A DNA stretch of 64,000 nt from an uncultured virus (IMG/VR IMGVR_UViG_3300006752_000020). Its lineage: Duplodnaviria > Heunggongvirae > Uroviricota > Caudoviricetes. The position numbers and the translations under genes are program-made. How positions within the stretch are numbered: the first letter of the stretch is position 1; the number at the start of each line of letters is the position of its first letter. The stretch lies in the IMG/VR virus record IMGVR_UViG_3300006752_000020; one strand, written 5' to 3'. The notes beneath the pieces were generated by a model. It ran no database searches and had not been told where the DNA came from. It worked only from the letters and a program-made list of their open reading frames with translations. Of this stretch, positions 40,149-46,541 are shown piece by piece.

Positions 40149-40293
40149 TATGCGAACCTGGGAGTCATTCTTATATATCAGAATTTTTTTTTATTCGCTT
40201 GATATTGAGAGGTCGAATTCGGTTCGTTGTAGGTTATAAGGACCCATCGAATTTAAACCACTGTGTGATAAGAACTGTGTGAGTACTAAGTGA

Positions 40294-40358
40294 TACTCAG
40301 AGCATCATGATGTAGGTCCCCCTCAGTGATACTCAGAATGCCTCAGAATGCCTCAGAG
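40294..40358 (+). repeat. CTCAG(A) repeat cluster, left
   Basis: gtgatactcaga twice, cctcagtg, and tandem ctcagaatgc/ctcagaatgc/ctcagagc with a 10-nt period. Confidence 0.8.
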
Positions 40359-40431
40359 CTGTTACATAGTGCCTGTGAGTGATTGATAGTCAGCTGGCAT
40401 GTGATTGGTGTTCTTGGTGTGATGCCTCCAT

Positions 40432-40460
40432 ATTATACCATGATACCTGCCATAATGCAA
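40432..40460 (-). promoter_or_regulatory. sigma70-type promoter TTGCAT-N17-TATAAT with extended TG
   Basis: Read on - strand: TTGCAT TATGGCAGGTATCATGG TATAAT. Confidence 0.65.
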
Positions 40461-40494
40461 TTGTGTCCTGTCTGTAACATAAAAATCCTGATAC

Positions 40495-40523
40495 TTGACA
40501 AACTGCGAGTCTCATGGTACGCT
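40495..40523 (+). promoter_or_regulatory. sigma70-type promoter TTGACA-N17-TACGCT with extended TG, opposite to local genes
   Basis: TTGACA aactgcgagtctcatgg TACGCT. Confidence 0.55.
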
Positions 40524-40625
40524 CGCTTAGCTAACATCGTGAGAGCACATTTATAAGACTTTTATAACACTTAAAGAAAACACGCAAGTATATTTAAAAA
40601 GGTATTTAATAACTTTCCGCGTACT

Positions 40626-40660
40626 CACTCAGAGGGCACTCAGAGACACTCAGAGAGCAC
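40626..40660 (+). repeat. CACTCAGAG tandem repeat cluster, right
   Basis: cactcagagggcactcagagacactcagagagcac (3 copies). Confidence 0.8.
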
Positions 40661-40671
40661 TTAAATAACAC

Positions 40672-40860
40672 TTAGGTGGACTCTAATCTAATCACATCTT
40701 CCCACTGATGAGGGTACACACAGAGGCAACATTTTGTCTCACCGTACTTACTACCAGGAGAGGCATAAGAGTTAAAACAAACAGTGATATATGAGGGGTC
40801 TATGAAGTTTACATAACCCTCAGTATTACCTATTCTAACTAACTCTCCTTTAGTGAACAT
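40672..40860 (-). CDS. small early hypothetical protein
   Basis: ORF track; EGYVNFIDPSYITVC...CCLCVYPHQW. Confidence 0.7.
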   Translation of the reverse strand: MFTKGELVRIGNTEGYVNFIDPSYITVCFNSYASPGSKYGETKCCLCVYPHQWEDVIRLEST

Positions 40861-41024
40861 GATGTTGTTAGTTGATAGTGTGTTGAGTCTAATAAGTCTG
40901 TGATATGTGTTGGTAACTGTCCCTCATCATTCCATTTCATTTTGTACTGTACGATTAGTGACACTAACAGGGAAAGTTGCTGATGTGATAATTGTACTGT
41001 ACTGACTGATTGTTGATTCATCAA
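40839..41024 (-). CDS. small hypothetical protein
   Basis: ORF track; a competing overlapping frame also exists. Confidence 0.4.
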   Translation of the reverse strand: MMNQQSVSTVQLSHQQLSLLVSLIVQYKMKWNDEGQLPTHITDLLDSTHYQLTTSCSLKES

Positions 41025-41096
41025 TTTTTAGGGCGGCGATGGCATCATTGCAATTGTAATACTTAACAACCTCTTGATAGAGATTATCATCATAGT

Positions 41097-41264
41097 TTAC
41101 CATTTAGAGAGACATTCAAGTTTAATATAAGAGGGAACAGATTCATCCACTGTTGTATCATCAGTTGGGAATTGTTGCCCATCTTTATTATACCACATAT
41201 CATCAGGAATGTCATCCATAATTGTATCGATCATGTGGTCGAAGATGAAGTCTAGTTTTGCCAT
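41097..41264 (-). CDS. small acidic hypothetical protein (55 aa), not in ORF track
   Basis: Own translation MAKLDFIFDHMIDTIMDDIPDDMWYNKDGQQFPTDDTTVDESVPSYIKLECLSKW. Confidence 0.55.
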   Translation of the reverse strand: MAKLDFIFDHMIDTIMDDIPDDMWYNKDGQQFPTDDTTVDESVPSYIKLECLSKW

Positions 41265-41276
41265 TGATTGTAACCC

Positions 41277-41585
41277 TTACTCAGAAAGAATTTCTAAATC
41301 GATAACATCGATATCCTCTAACATTATATCACAGATCCGGGCGATTTCCTTTTGAGATGATGCACCGAGTCTGAAGATATGCTGATTATTGTCAATCCTT
41401 ACAAGTTGTAGATTGACGAACTCTTCGTATTTAGCGATGAAATTAGCAATAAAGCGAGGATGATCCATAATGAGATCTAGGGCGATTTCAGCAATTGCTT
41501 CAGAGTGAAACTCGATGCCCTGTGCAAGTCTTTCAATTGAAAGTTTTGTGTTGTTTGCCATAATGATCATGTGGGAGTTAGGCAT
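41277..41585 (-). CDS. early hypothetical protein
   Basis: ORF track 41277..41633; likely start MPNSH at 41585, just after the upstream stop. Confidence 0.65.
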   Translation of the reverse strand: MPNSHMIIMANNTKLSIERLAQGIEFHSEAIAEIALDLIMDHPRFIANFIAKYEEFVNLQLVRIDNNQHIFRLGASSQKEIARICDIMLEDIDVIDLEILSE

Positions 41586-41586
41586 A

Positions 41587-41742
41587 TCAGTTAGAAGGGA
41601 ATTGAGCGAGTTTAGCATCAGCAAGAGAGGCAATCATAGTCCATACCATCTCACCGGACATTTTCTCTTGATCACAAATATACTCTACATTATCTTCCAT
41701 CAATTCTAAAACTTCAAGTGCTTTCAATTCGAGATCTGTCAT
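41587..41742 (-). CDS. small early hypothetical protein
   Basis: Likely start MTDLELK at 41742 after a pyrimidine-rich leader. Confidence 0.7.
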   Translation of the reverse strand: MTDLELKALEVLELMEDNVEYICDQEKMSGEMVWTMIASLADAKLAQFPSN

Positions 41743-41779
41743 GATTAGAGAAGAATGAGGATTAGGACGATTGAATAGA

Positions 41780-41803
41780 AGCGGGCATAACATGATGCCC
41801 ACT
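41780..41803 (-). terminator. stem-loop after the 41819..42166 gene
   Basis: - strand AGUGGGCAU-CAUGUU-AUGCCCGCU (one G-U pair); weak U-tract. Confidence 0.55.
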
Positions 41804-41818
41804 CTTTTTTAGTTTTGA

Positions 41819-42166
41819 TCATGCGAAGGTGTAACCATTGACGAAATCGTCAGCGTTGTAAACTTTGCTCTTACCTGCCTGCCCTACAAACTTGCGGACA
41901 TACCAAACGAAATCCTTTTGAAATACTCCCTCACCAGCGATGCAGAATTCATCGCAGAGAGCGTTAAGGCGTGATTTAGTGGTTACAGACTGCCAACCGC
42001 CATCGAAGATGGTCATGGTGTCGTCTGTGACTTCTGCGATCTTGTTGCCATGCAGGCGAACGACAGAGGTGCCTGAGGTCTCATCAAAATAAACTGCTGT
42101 ATTTCCTGAAGACCAGTTGCGGTTAGACTGGATGGCGGCGTTCATTTGTGATTCGATCTTACGCAT
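41819..42166 (-). CDS. conserved early phage protein
   Basis: MRKIE...VRLHGNKIA...DGGWQSVTTKSRLNAL...GVFQKDFVWYV; first gene after the promoter at 42225. Confidence 0.8.
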   Translation of the reverse strand: MRKIESQMNAAIQSNRNWSSGNTAVYFDETSGTSVVRLHGNKIAEVTDDTMTIFDGGWQSVTTKSRLNALCDEFCIAGEGVFQKDFVWYVRKFVGQAGKSKVYNADDFVNGYTFA

Positions 42167-42224
42167 GATGAGAGAAGAGAAGAGAGTTAAGAGGCGGGAG
42201 AGGTGCTGTCCCCTCCACTCCTAT

Positions 42225-42280
42225 AAGATACACGATTTTGGGGCGCTGTGCCGTCACCTTGTGACACTTTGGCAACTGGT
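42225..42280 (-). promoter_or_regulatory. early promoter with 7-4-7 palindrome
   Basis: ACCAGTT-GCCA-AAGTGTC, N32, -10 TATCTT. Confidence 0.75.
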
Positions 42281-42281
42281 T

Positions 42282-42506
42282 TTATTTGCCTGTTCCCATG
42301 GGATCGATCGCAGTTTCCTCTAGTTCAGAAATACTATACATTGTTGTGGGGAAATTACGAATAACAGCATCACATAATGCTACAATTAAATCCTCTGCTC
42401 CATCTGCTGTGTGACCGTACTTTTTCTCTATAATAGATTCAATGTCTTCCATGAGTTGATCTCTTGCATTCATGTTAGTATAGAGTTGTTGTTTGATAAG
42501 GGACAT
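42282..42506 (-). CDS. small early hypothetical protein
   Basis: ORF track; likely start MSLIKQQ. Confidence 0.65.
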   Translation of the reverse strand: MSLIKQQLYTNMNARDQLMEDIESIIEKKYGHTADGAEDLIVALCDAVIRNFPTTMYSISELEETAIDPMGTGK

Positions 42507-42530
42507 AATCAATGAGAGAGTGAGTGTTAG

Positions 42531-42788
42531 TTAGTAAGAAACAATTTTATAGTTATTGAGTTCATCTCGTATAACTCTGTTTATTGGTGATAACAAACTA
42601 CGCTCTAGTCGTAGTTGCCAACCCTCCACAATATCATTCTCAGCGATAACAGCGAAACCAAAACATCCTGGAGTTGGCATCATAAAGAGACCATGCTTTT
42701 CTGCCTCTTGACTATTAGCGAAACCTCGGGCAGTGATAGTCCAATCTTTACCAAAGTAAGCACAAATAAAATCTCTCATATCAATCAA
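42531..42788 (-). CDS. small early hypothetical protein
   Basis: ORF track; coupled to the upstream ORF. Confidence 0.65.
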   Translation of the reverse strand: MIDMRDFICAYFGKDWTITARGFANSQEAEKHGLFMMPTPGCFGFAVIAENDIVEGWQLRLERSLLSPINRVIRDELNNYKIVSY

Positions 42789-42937
42789 CCTCCGAACATG
42801 TCATCGAATAACTGTTGCCCAGAACGCTCATCTTTCTCTGCTTTCTTTGCATATTGTGCCATGCGTTCTAATGCCTCCTCACGAGAGATTGACTCGGGAA
42901 AGTAATAATGACGACCAGCAGGGTTTGTGTAGCGCAT
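42785..42937 (-). CDS. small early hypothetical protein
   Basis: Likely start MRYTNPAG at 42937; ends LFDDMFGG. Confidence 0.7.
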   Translation of the reverse strand: MRYTNPAGRHYYFPESISREEALERMAQYAKKAEKDERSGQQLFDDMFGG

Positions 42938-42978
42938 AGTTTTGAAAATAGAGAGTGAATTAAGTTGTTCTTTAATGT

Positions 42979-43179
42979 TCAGTTTGATGCCTCCATGAAT
43001 ACATCGTAGAAGCAATTAAATGCAAACGGATCATGGCAGAATGAAGAGATTCCGCTTTGATCAGCGACCCAATCATATGCCATATCAATATCAGCACCGG
43101 TCTCAATCACAAAGGATTGCAGACCTTGAAGAGCGGAGATGAAAGCAGAGTTGTTGAGAAGCATTGGTGTTTTGTTCAT
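42979..43179 (-). CDS. small early hypothetical protein
   Basis: ORF track; directly after the promoter at 43186 (start may be the downstream MLLNN). Confidence 0.7.
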   Translation of the reverse strand: MNKTPMLLNNSAFISALQGLQSFVIETGADIDMAYDWVADQSGISSFCHDPFAFNCFYDVFMEASN

Positions 43180-43185
43180 GCTGTT

Positions 43186-43241
43186 ATTATGGCAGGTTTT
43201 GGGGCGAATTGCAAGCGATAGTGGACACTAGCCCAACTGTC
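43186..43241 (-). promoter_or_regulatory. early promoter with 7-4-7 palindrome
   Basis: GACAGTT-GGGC-TAGTGTC, N32, -10 CATAAT. Confidence 0.75.
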
Positions 43242-43244
43242 ACA

Positions 43245-43412
43245 CTAGAATATGTTGGTCCATGCTTGATGTTTAGCAGAGCTAATCCTACCGTCTTGAA
43301 GTAATCCATCACAGACACGACAGAATACTTCAAACTTCTCCAATCGTGTCATGTTAGCATCAACACCAATTGCAGTTTCACCGACGACTTTGAGAACTTG
43401 ACCTTTGAGCAT
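43245..43412 (-). CDS. small early protein (55 aa), probable paralog of 43474..43662; not in ORF track
   Basis: Own translation MLKGQVLKVVGETAIGVDANMTRLEKFEVFCRVCDGLLQDGRISSAKHQAWTNIF. Confidence 0.7.
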   Translation of the reverse strand: MLKGQVLKVVGETAIGVDANMTRLEKFEVFCRVCDGLLQDGRISSAKHQAWTNIF

Positions 43413-43435
43413 GATGTAAAATAGAGGGATGAATG

Positions 43436-43467
43436 ATGAAGCGATTAGAGTGAATTAATCGCTTCAT
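43436..43467 (-). terminator. repeated stem-loop, copy 1
   Basis: ATGAAGCGATTA-8-nt loop-TAATCGCTTCAT, perfect 12-bp stem. Confidence 0.75.
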
Positions 43468-43473
43468 TTAAGA

Positions 43474-43662
43474 TCAGAAAGGGTTAGACCATGACTCGTA
43501 TTTCTTCATGGTGATGTAACCTTCCTTGCAAAGTGCATCAGTAAAGTATGACCACTGCAAACGCTTGGCAATTGCATCAGTTGCCATTTTTGTGCCCTTA
43601 GTATCACATTTCCAGTTGTAACGGAATTGCTCTAGTGCTTGTGCTTTAGTGATGGATCGCAT
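43474..43662 (-). CDS. small early hypothetical protein
   Basis: Likely start MRSITKAQ at 43662; C-terminal FTDALCKEGYITMKKYESWSNPF. Confidence 0.75.
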   Translation of the reverse strand: MRSITKAQALEQFRYNWKCDTKGTKMATDAIAKRLQWSYFTDALCKEGYITMKKYESWSNPF

Positions 43663-43686
43663 GGGGTGTTTTCCTTTGACTCTCTT

Positions 43687-43742
43687 ATAATACACGAAAA
43701 CAGACCCCGCACAACCAGGGCTAGACCAGTTCCCCAACTGGA
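43687..43742 (-). promoter_or_regulatory. early promoter with 7-4-7 palindrome
   Basis: TCCAGTT-GGGG-AACTGGT, N32, -10 TATTAT. Confidence 0.75.
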
Positions 43743-43760
43743 TGGAAAAAACACTAAATG

Positions 43761-43961
43761 TTATCCATGGTTCTCCATAAATTCATCGAGAGTGTAACCT
43801 TCGCCTGTTGATGTTTCTTCAATTAATTGTTCTATTGTGTACGATTCCATCTCTTTACGATATTCTTCTGGTGTTGGATCTTGTGGATCGTAATCATCGT
43901 GGCAGAGGTAATCCCACTCATGAACAAGTGCATCAATCAATTGTTCTTTAGTGTAGTTCAT
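43761..43961 (-). CDS. small acidic early protein
   Basis: ORF track; ATGA coupling. Confidence 0.7.
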   Translation of the reverse strand: MNYTKEQLIDALVHEWDYLCHDDYDPQDPTPEEYRKEMESYTIEQLIEETSTGEGYTLDEFMENHG

Positions 43962-44293
43962 ACAAAAAATGCCTCTAATCCTGTATAATTAATTTGCATC
44001 GAAGTGAAGGAAGTAGTATCCTTAATGCACACCTCCTTTCCTACCTTATTTGAGTTGATGGGGGAATGATAAGTGTGCGTAGTGCCTCTCTTTGCTGTTG
44101 TCTTTGTTTTACAGAATCCCCAGATTGTGCGAACACGATCAGTAGTGTAACTATAAACATCTGGATGAAGTAACCAAATACGAAGTAAGTTCTTCTTGTA
44201 TTCTTCACATTCATATGAATATCCATCTGGGGCATTATGATAGAAACTCGGTGGTAGTTCCATCGGTTGGTTCATCATCAGAGGTGTCTTCAT
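43958..44293 (-). CDS. conserved cyanophage hypothetical protein
   Basis: ORF track; VRTIWGF...YHSPIN..KVGK; true start probably MMNQ after TATAAT at 44292-44297. Confidence 0.75.
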   Translation of the reverse strand: MKTPLMMNQPMELPPSFYHNAPDGYSYECEEYKKNLLRIWLLHPDVYSYTTDRVRTIWGFCKTKTTAKRGTTHTYHSPINSNKVGKEVCIKDTTSFTSMQINYTGLEAFFV

Positions 44294-44347
44294 TATACCA
44301 GAAATCGTACCAATCGTGAGGTGAGTTTGTTACATCTTCAATGTTAT

Positions 44348-44491
44348 TCATTTACAGTAAGATGGTTGAATTTGACACAATTTGTCGTTTCTCTTATCAA
44401 CAACATTTTGCATATTGTCGGCAAGATCAATACAGAGCAATGCCCCGAAAAGACAAATAGAACAAACAAGAGTAACTCTTAAAACTATCAC
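44348..44491 (-). CDS. small membrane protein (47 aa), not in ORF track
   Basis: Own translation from GTG: MIVLRVTLVCSICLFGALLCIDLADNMQNVVDKRNDKLCQIQPSYCK; GTGA coupling. Confidence 0.55.
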   Translation of the reverse strand: MIVLRVTLVCSICLFGALLCIDLADNMQNVVDKRNDKLCQIQPSYCK

Positions 44492-44640
44492 TGGACAATC
44501 TCCACTAGTTTATCCATAACTGGTTTAAGATCATGTTCTTCAGCGTCACTCAAATCAATATACATTTGTTCAATACACCATAGAATTACATCTGCTTGCG
44601 CTTTAGTAACTTCAATTGTACTGAATGTGGAGGTTGTCAT
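44488..44640 (-). CDS. small hypothetical protein (50 aa), not in ORF track
   Basis: Own translation MTTSTFSTIEVTKAQADVILWCIEQMYIDLSDAEEHDLKPVMDKLVEIVQ. Confidence 0.6.
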   Translation of the reverse strand: MTTSTFSTIEVTKAQADVILWCIEQMYIDLSDAEEHDLKPVMDKLVEIVQ

Positions 44641-44676
44641 TTTTTTGGAAATTGTGGTCTTTACTATTTAATGAGG

Positions 44677-44808
44677 TTAACGAACTCTCTCAATTGTTGA
44701 GTCATAATAGTTCATCATCTTACTATCACGCTCCGCAAGGAATAGCAGGTAGCATGTGATAGTGACAAAGGCAATAATGCCACTTAGAAGAAATTGTGTG
44801 CCTCTCAT
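44677..44808 (-). CDS. small single-TM protein (43 aa), not in ORF track
   Basis: Own translation MRGTQFLLSGIIAFVTITCYLLFLAERDSKMMNYYDSTIERVR. Confidence 0.6.
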   Translation of the reverse strand: MRGTQFLLSGIIAFVTITCYLLFLAERDSKMMNYYDSTIERVR

Positions 44809-44826
44809 TGTGTTAGATAGAAGGAT

Positions 44827-44863
44827 AAAAAAATGAAGCGATTAGAGTGAGTTAATCGCTTCA
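44827..44863 (-). terminator. repeated stem-loop, copy 2, with U-tract
   Basis: TGAAGCGATTA-8-nt loop-TAATCGCTTCA followed by T7 on the - strand. Confidence 0.8.
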
Positions 44864-44864
44864 A

Positions 44865-45119
44865 TCACCAGCGAGTTTGAATTAGTGCAGAGTTGAAAAG
44901 TTGTGGTTCTGTATGCATATCAGTAACTTCATACTTATAACCCTCAACACGATTCTCAACCTCTTTCTCAAATGATTCTTTGTTGATATATGACTTAGAT
45001 TGCATTTTATCGCAGAATGTAACTGTCTTATACATTAGACGCTCGCTGATAGTTCCATCAGCATACTTGACGGGATAGAAGTCAACTACCATGTGAGCGC
45101 CGTTTGCTGTGAGTTGCAT
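44865..45119 (-). CDS. small early hypothetical protein
   Basis: ORF track; first gene after the promoter at 45149. Confidence 0.75.
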   Translation of the reverse strand: MQLTANGAHMVVDFYPVKYADGTISERLMYKTVTFCDKMQSKSYINKESFEKEVENRVEGYKYEVTDMHTEPQLFNSALIQTRW

Positions 45120-45148
45120 GCTGTGAGGTGTGTTCCTTTGACTCTCTT

Positions 45149-45204
45149 ATAATACACGAGATCGGGGACCGATCAACCGGGGCTATGCCACTTCGGGAAG
45201 TGGT
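45149..45204 (-). promoter_or_regulatory. early promoter with 7-4-7 palindrome
   Basis: ACCACTT-CCCG-AAGTGGC, N32, -10 TATTAT. Confidence 0.75.
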
Positions 45205-45689
45205 TGGATAATGGAGAACCGTGATTGATAATTATATGCGAACCGAGTACGATTGCCATGGATACCCCACCCCAACCAATTATATGCATGTTTCATATAG
45301 AAATCTACTGATTGATCCTCACTTCTAAGATAAAGTTCATAACGATTCCATTGAGGTTCGTTTACCATGTAACGCAATTGGGTTTCAATACTATCAACAT
45401 TTCCACCAAACTTAGCAGCAAAAGATCCTAATCCATAATAACGATTGGGAGAGGTCCACTGAATTAAACCAAATCCACCTGATTTACATCCATGATATCC
45501 AGTCATTGCGCCACCCTCACAAACTAGCGTCTCAAACTTAGACTCTTGTTTAATATTGCCCAACACGACAGCAAGTGCATTTTGATTGCGAATTCCTCGC
45601 TTCTGGAGAAACTCAAGTGTTTTTTGTTCGTTTGTTGTACAATCAAAGCAAACTATAATTGGTGCGGGAGGTTGATTGTAAGTAATCAT
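45183..45689 (-). CDS. phage tail-lysozyme-like (Phage_lysozyme2) domain protein
   Basis: ALAVVLGNIKQES, GFGLIQWT...R, QLRYMVNE. Confidence 0.75.
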   Translation of the reverse strand: MITYNQPPAPIIVCFDCTTNEQKTLEFLQKRGIRNQNALAVVLGNIKQESKFETLVCEGGAMTGYHGCKSGGFGLIQWTSPNRYYGLGSFAAKFGGNVDSIETQLRYMVNEPQWNRYELYLRSEDQSVDFYMKHAYNWLGWGIHGNRTRFAYNYQSRFSIIQPLPEVA

Positions 45690-45898
45690 AAGAATAATTT
45701 AGAAGAAGAAATAAAGAGTAGAAATGATAACATAAGAACTACATCCCATGACTTAGTTCTTACAAAGTACGGCACTGATATTAAATCAGCAACCAACATC
45801 ATCATAGCACCTAGAGTTGAACTTACATGAAGAACAATGAAGTATGAGATGATAGAAAGGACACTACCAATAATTCTGGCAGTGACATCAATTTTCAT
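45686..45898 (-). CDS. small multi-TM membrane protein
   Basis: Almost entirely hydrophobic; ATGA coupling on both sides. Confidence 0.7.
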   Translation of the reverse strand: MKIDVTARIIGSVLSIISYFIVLHVSSTLGAMMMLVADLISVPYFVRTKSWDVVLMLSFLLFISSSKLFL

Positions 45899-46083
45899 GT
45901 TGCTGTCTCTCGTTTGATATTTTTTTCGATCTCTTTCAGATATCTTGCCTTGCCTGGTGTCATCGATGTAACAACAACAGCACCATTAGGACCGTGCCAA
46001 GTGTAGTGTTTGCCGATTCGATACAAGATGAAATCATAAGATTTCATTAATTTTCGCAGTTCTTTGGGGATCTTGGTACTCAT
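45895..46083 (-). CDS. HicA/YcfA-like small basic protein
   Basis: ELRKLMKSYDF..RIGKHYTWHGPNGAVVVTSMTP...LKEIEKNIKR: alpha-beta3-alpha layout with a GxH motif. Confidence 0.6.
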   Translation of the reverse strand: MSTKIPKELRKLMKSYDFILYRIGKHYTWHGPNGAVVVTSMTPGKARYLKEIEKNIKRETAT

Positions 46084-46104
46084 GGAGGTGTCTTAACCTT
46101 ACAT

Positions 46105-46160
46105 ATTCTAGCACCCCACCACTAGAGTGGCAAGGTAGCGGGTCCGGTTCGTGAACTGGT
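46105..46160 (-). promoter_or_regulatory. early promoter with 7-4-7 palindrome
   Basis: ACCAGTT-CACG-AACCGGA, N32, TTGCCA-N17-TAGAAT. Confidence 0.75.
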
Positions 46161-46373
46161 TGATTTCTCTAACCTTTTGCAGAGATTTAAGGCAGACTGA
46201 TAGTTACGGCAGACCTTATATTGTCTGCCCTGATGTATAACTACGAATTTTTTGCTATTTACAAGCGGGACCGCTGCCACTAACCCGTTTTTGCTCACAT
46301 ATCCAGAATATCTTAGTTGTGCATCAAGGATGTGAGTATTTGTATGATAGAAGGAACGATAGTTATCAGACAT
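46122..46373 (-). CDS. small early hypothetical protein
   Basis: ORF track. Confidence 0.7.
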   Translation of the reverse strand: MSDNYRSFYHTNTHILDAQLRYSGYVSKNGLVAAVPLVNSKKFVVIHQGRQYKVCRNYQSALNLCKRLEKSTSSRTGPATLPL

Positions 46374-46527
46374 TCATATTAACACGCATGATTTGCACAT
46401 TACCATACTGAGATTCAACGAGTTGTTCTGCACCTTGTTGATCTTGGCACTGAACATTGACAGTTTGCATTCCAGTCCTAGCAGAGTAGAATGTGACTTC
46501 AGCAGAGCGATTGTTGTTTCCGAACAT
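46366..46527 (-). CDS. small hypothetical protein (53 aa), not in ORF track
   Basis: Own translation MFGNNNRSAEVTFYSARTGMQTVNVQCQDQQGAEQLVESQYGNVQIMRVNMNV. Confidence 0.65.
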   Translation of the reverse strand: MFGNNNRSAEVTFYSARTGMQTVNVQCQDQQGAEQLVESQYGNVQIMRVNMNV

Positions 46528-46541
46528 AATAAAAGAGAGAA

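Noticed and set aside
40294..40660. CTCAGA repeats as a mini-CRISPR array
   Set aside because: Units are only 6-12 nt, with no regular unique spacers and no cas genes
44325..44360. GTTACA/TTACA words upstream of the TATAAT at 44292 as an NtcA site (also TGTAAC at about 40473)
   Set aside because: No GTA-N8-TAC with the correct spacing
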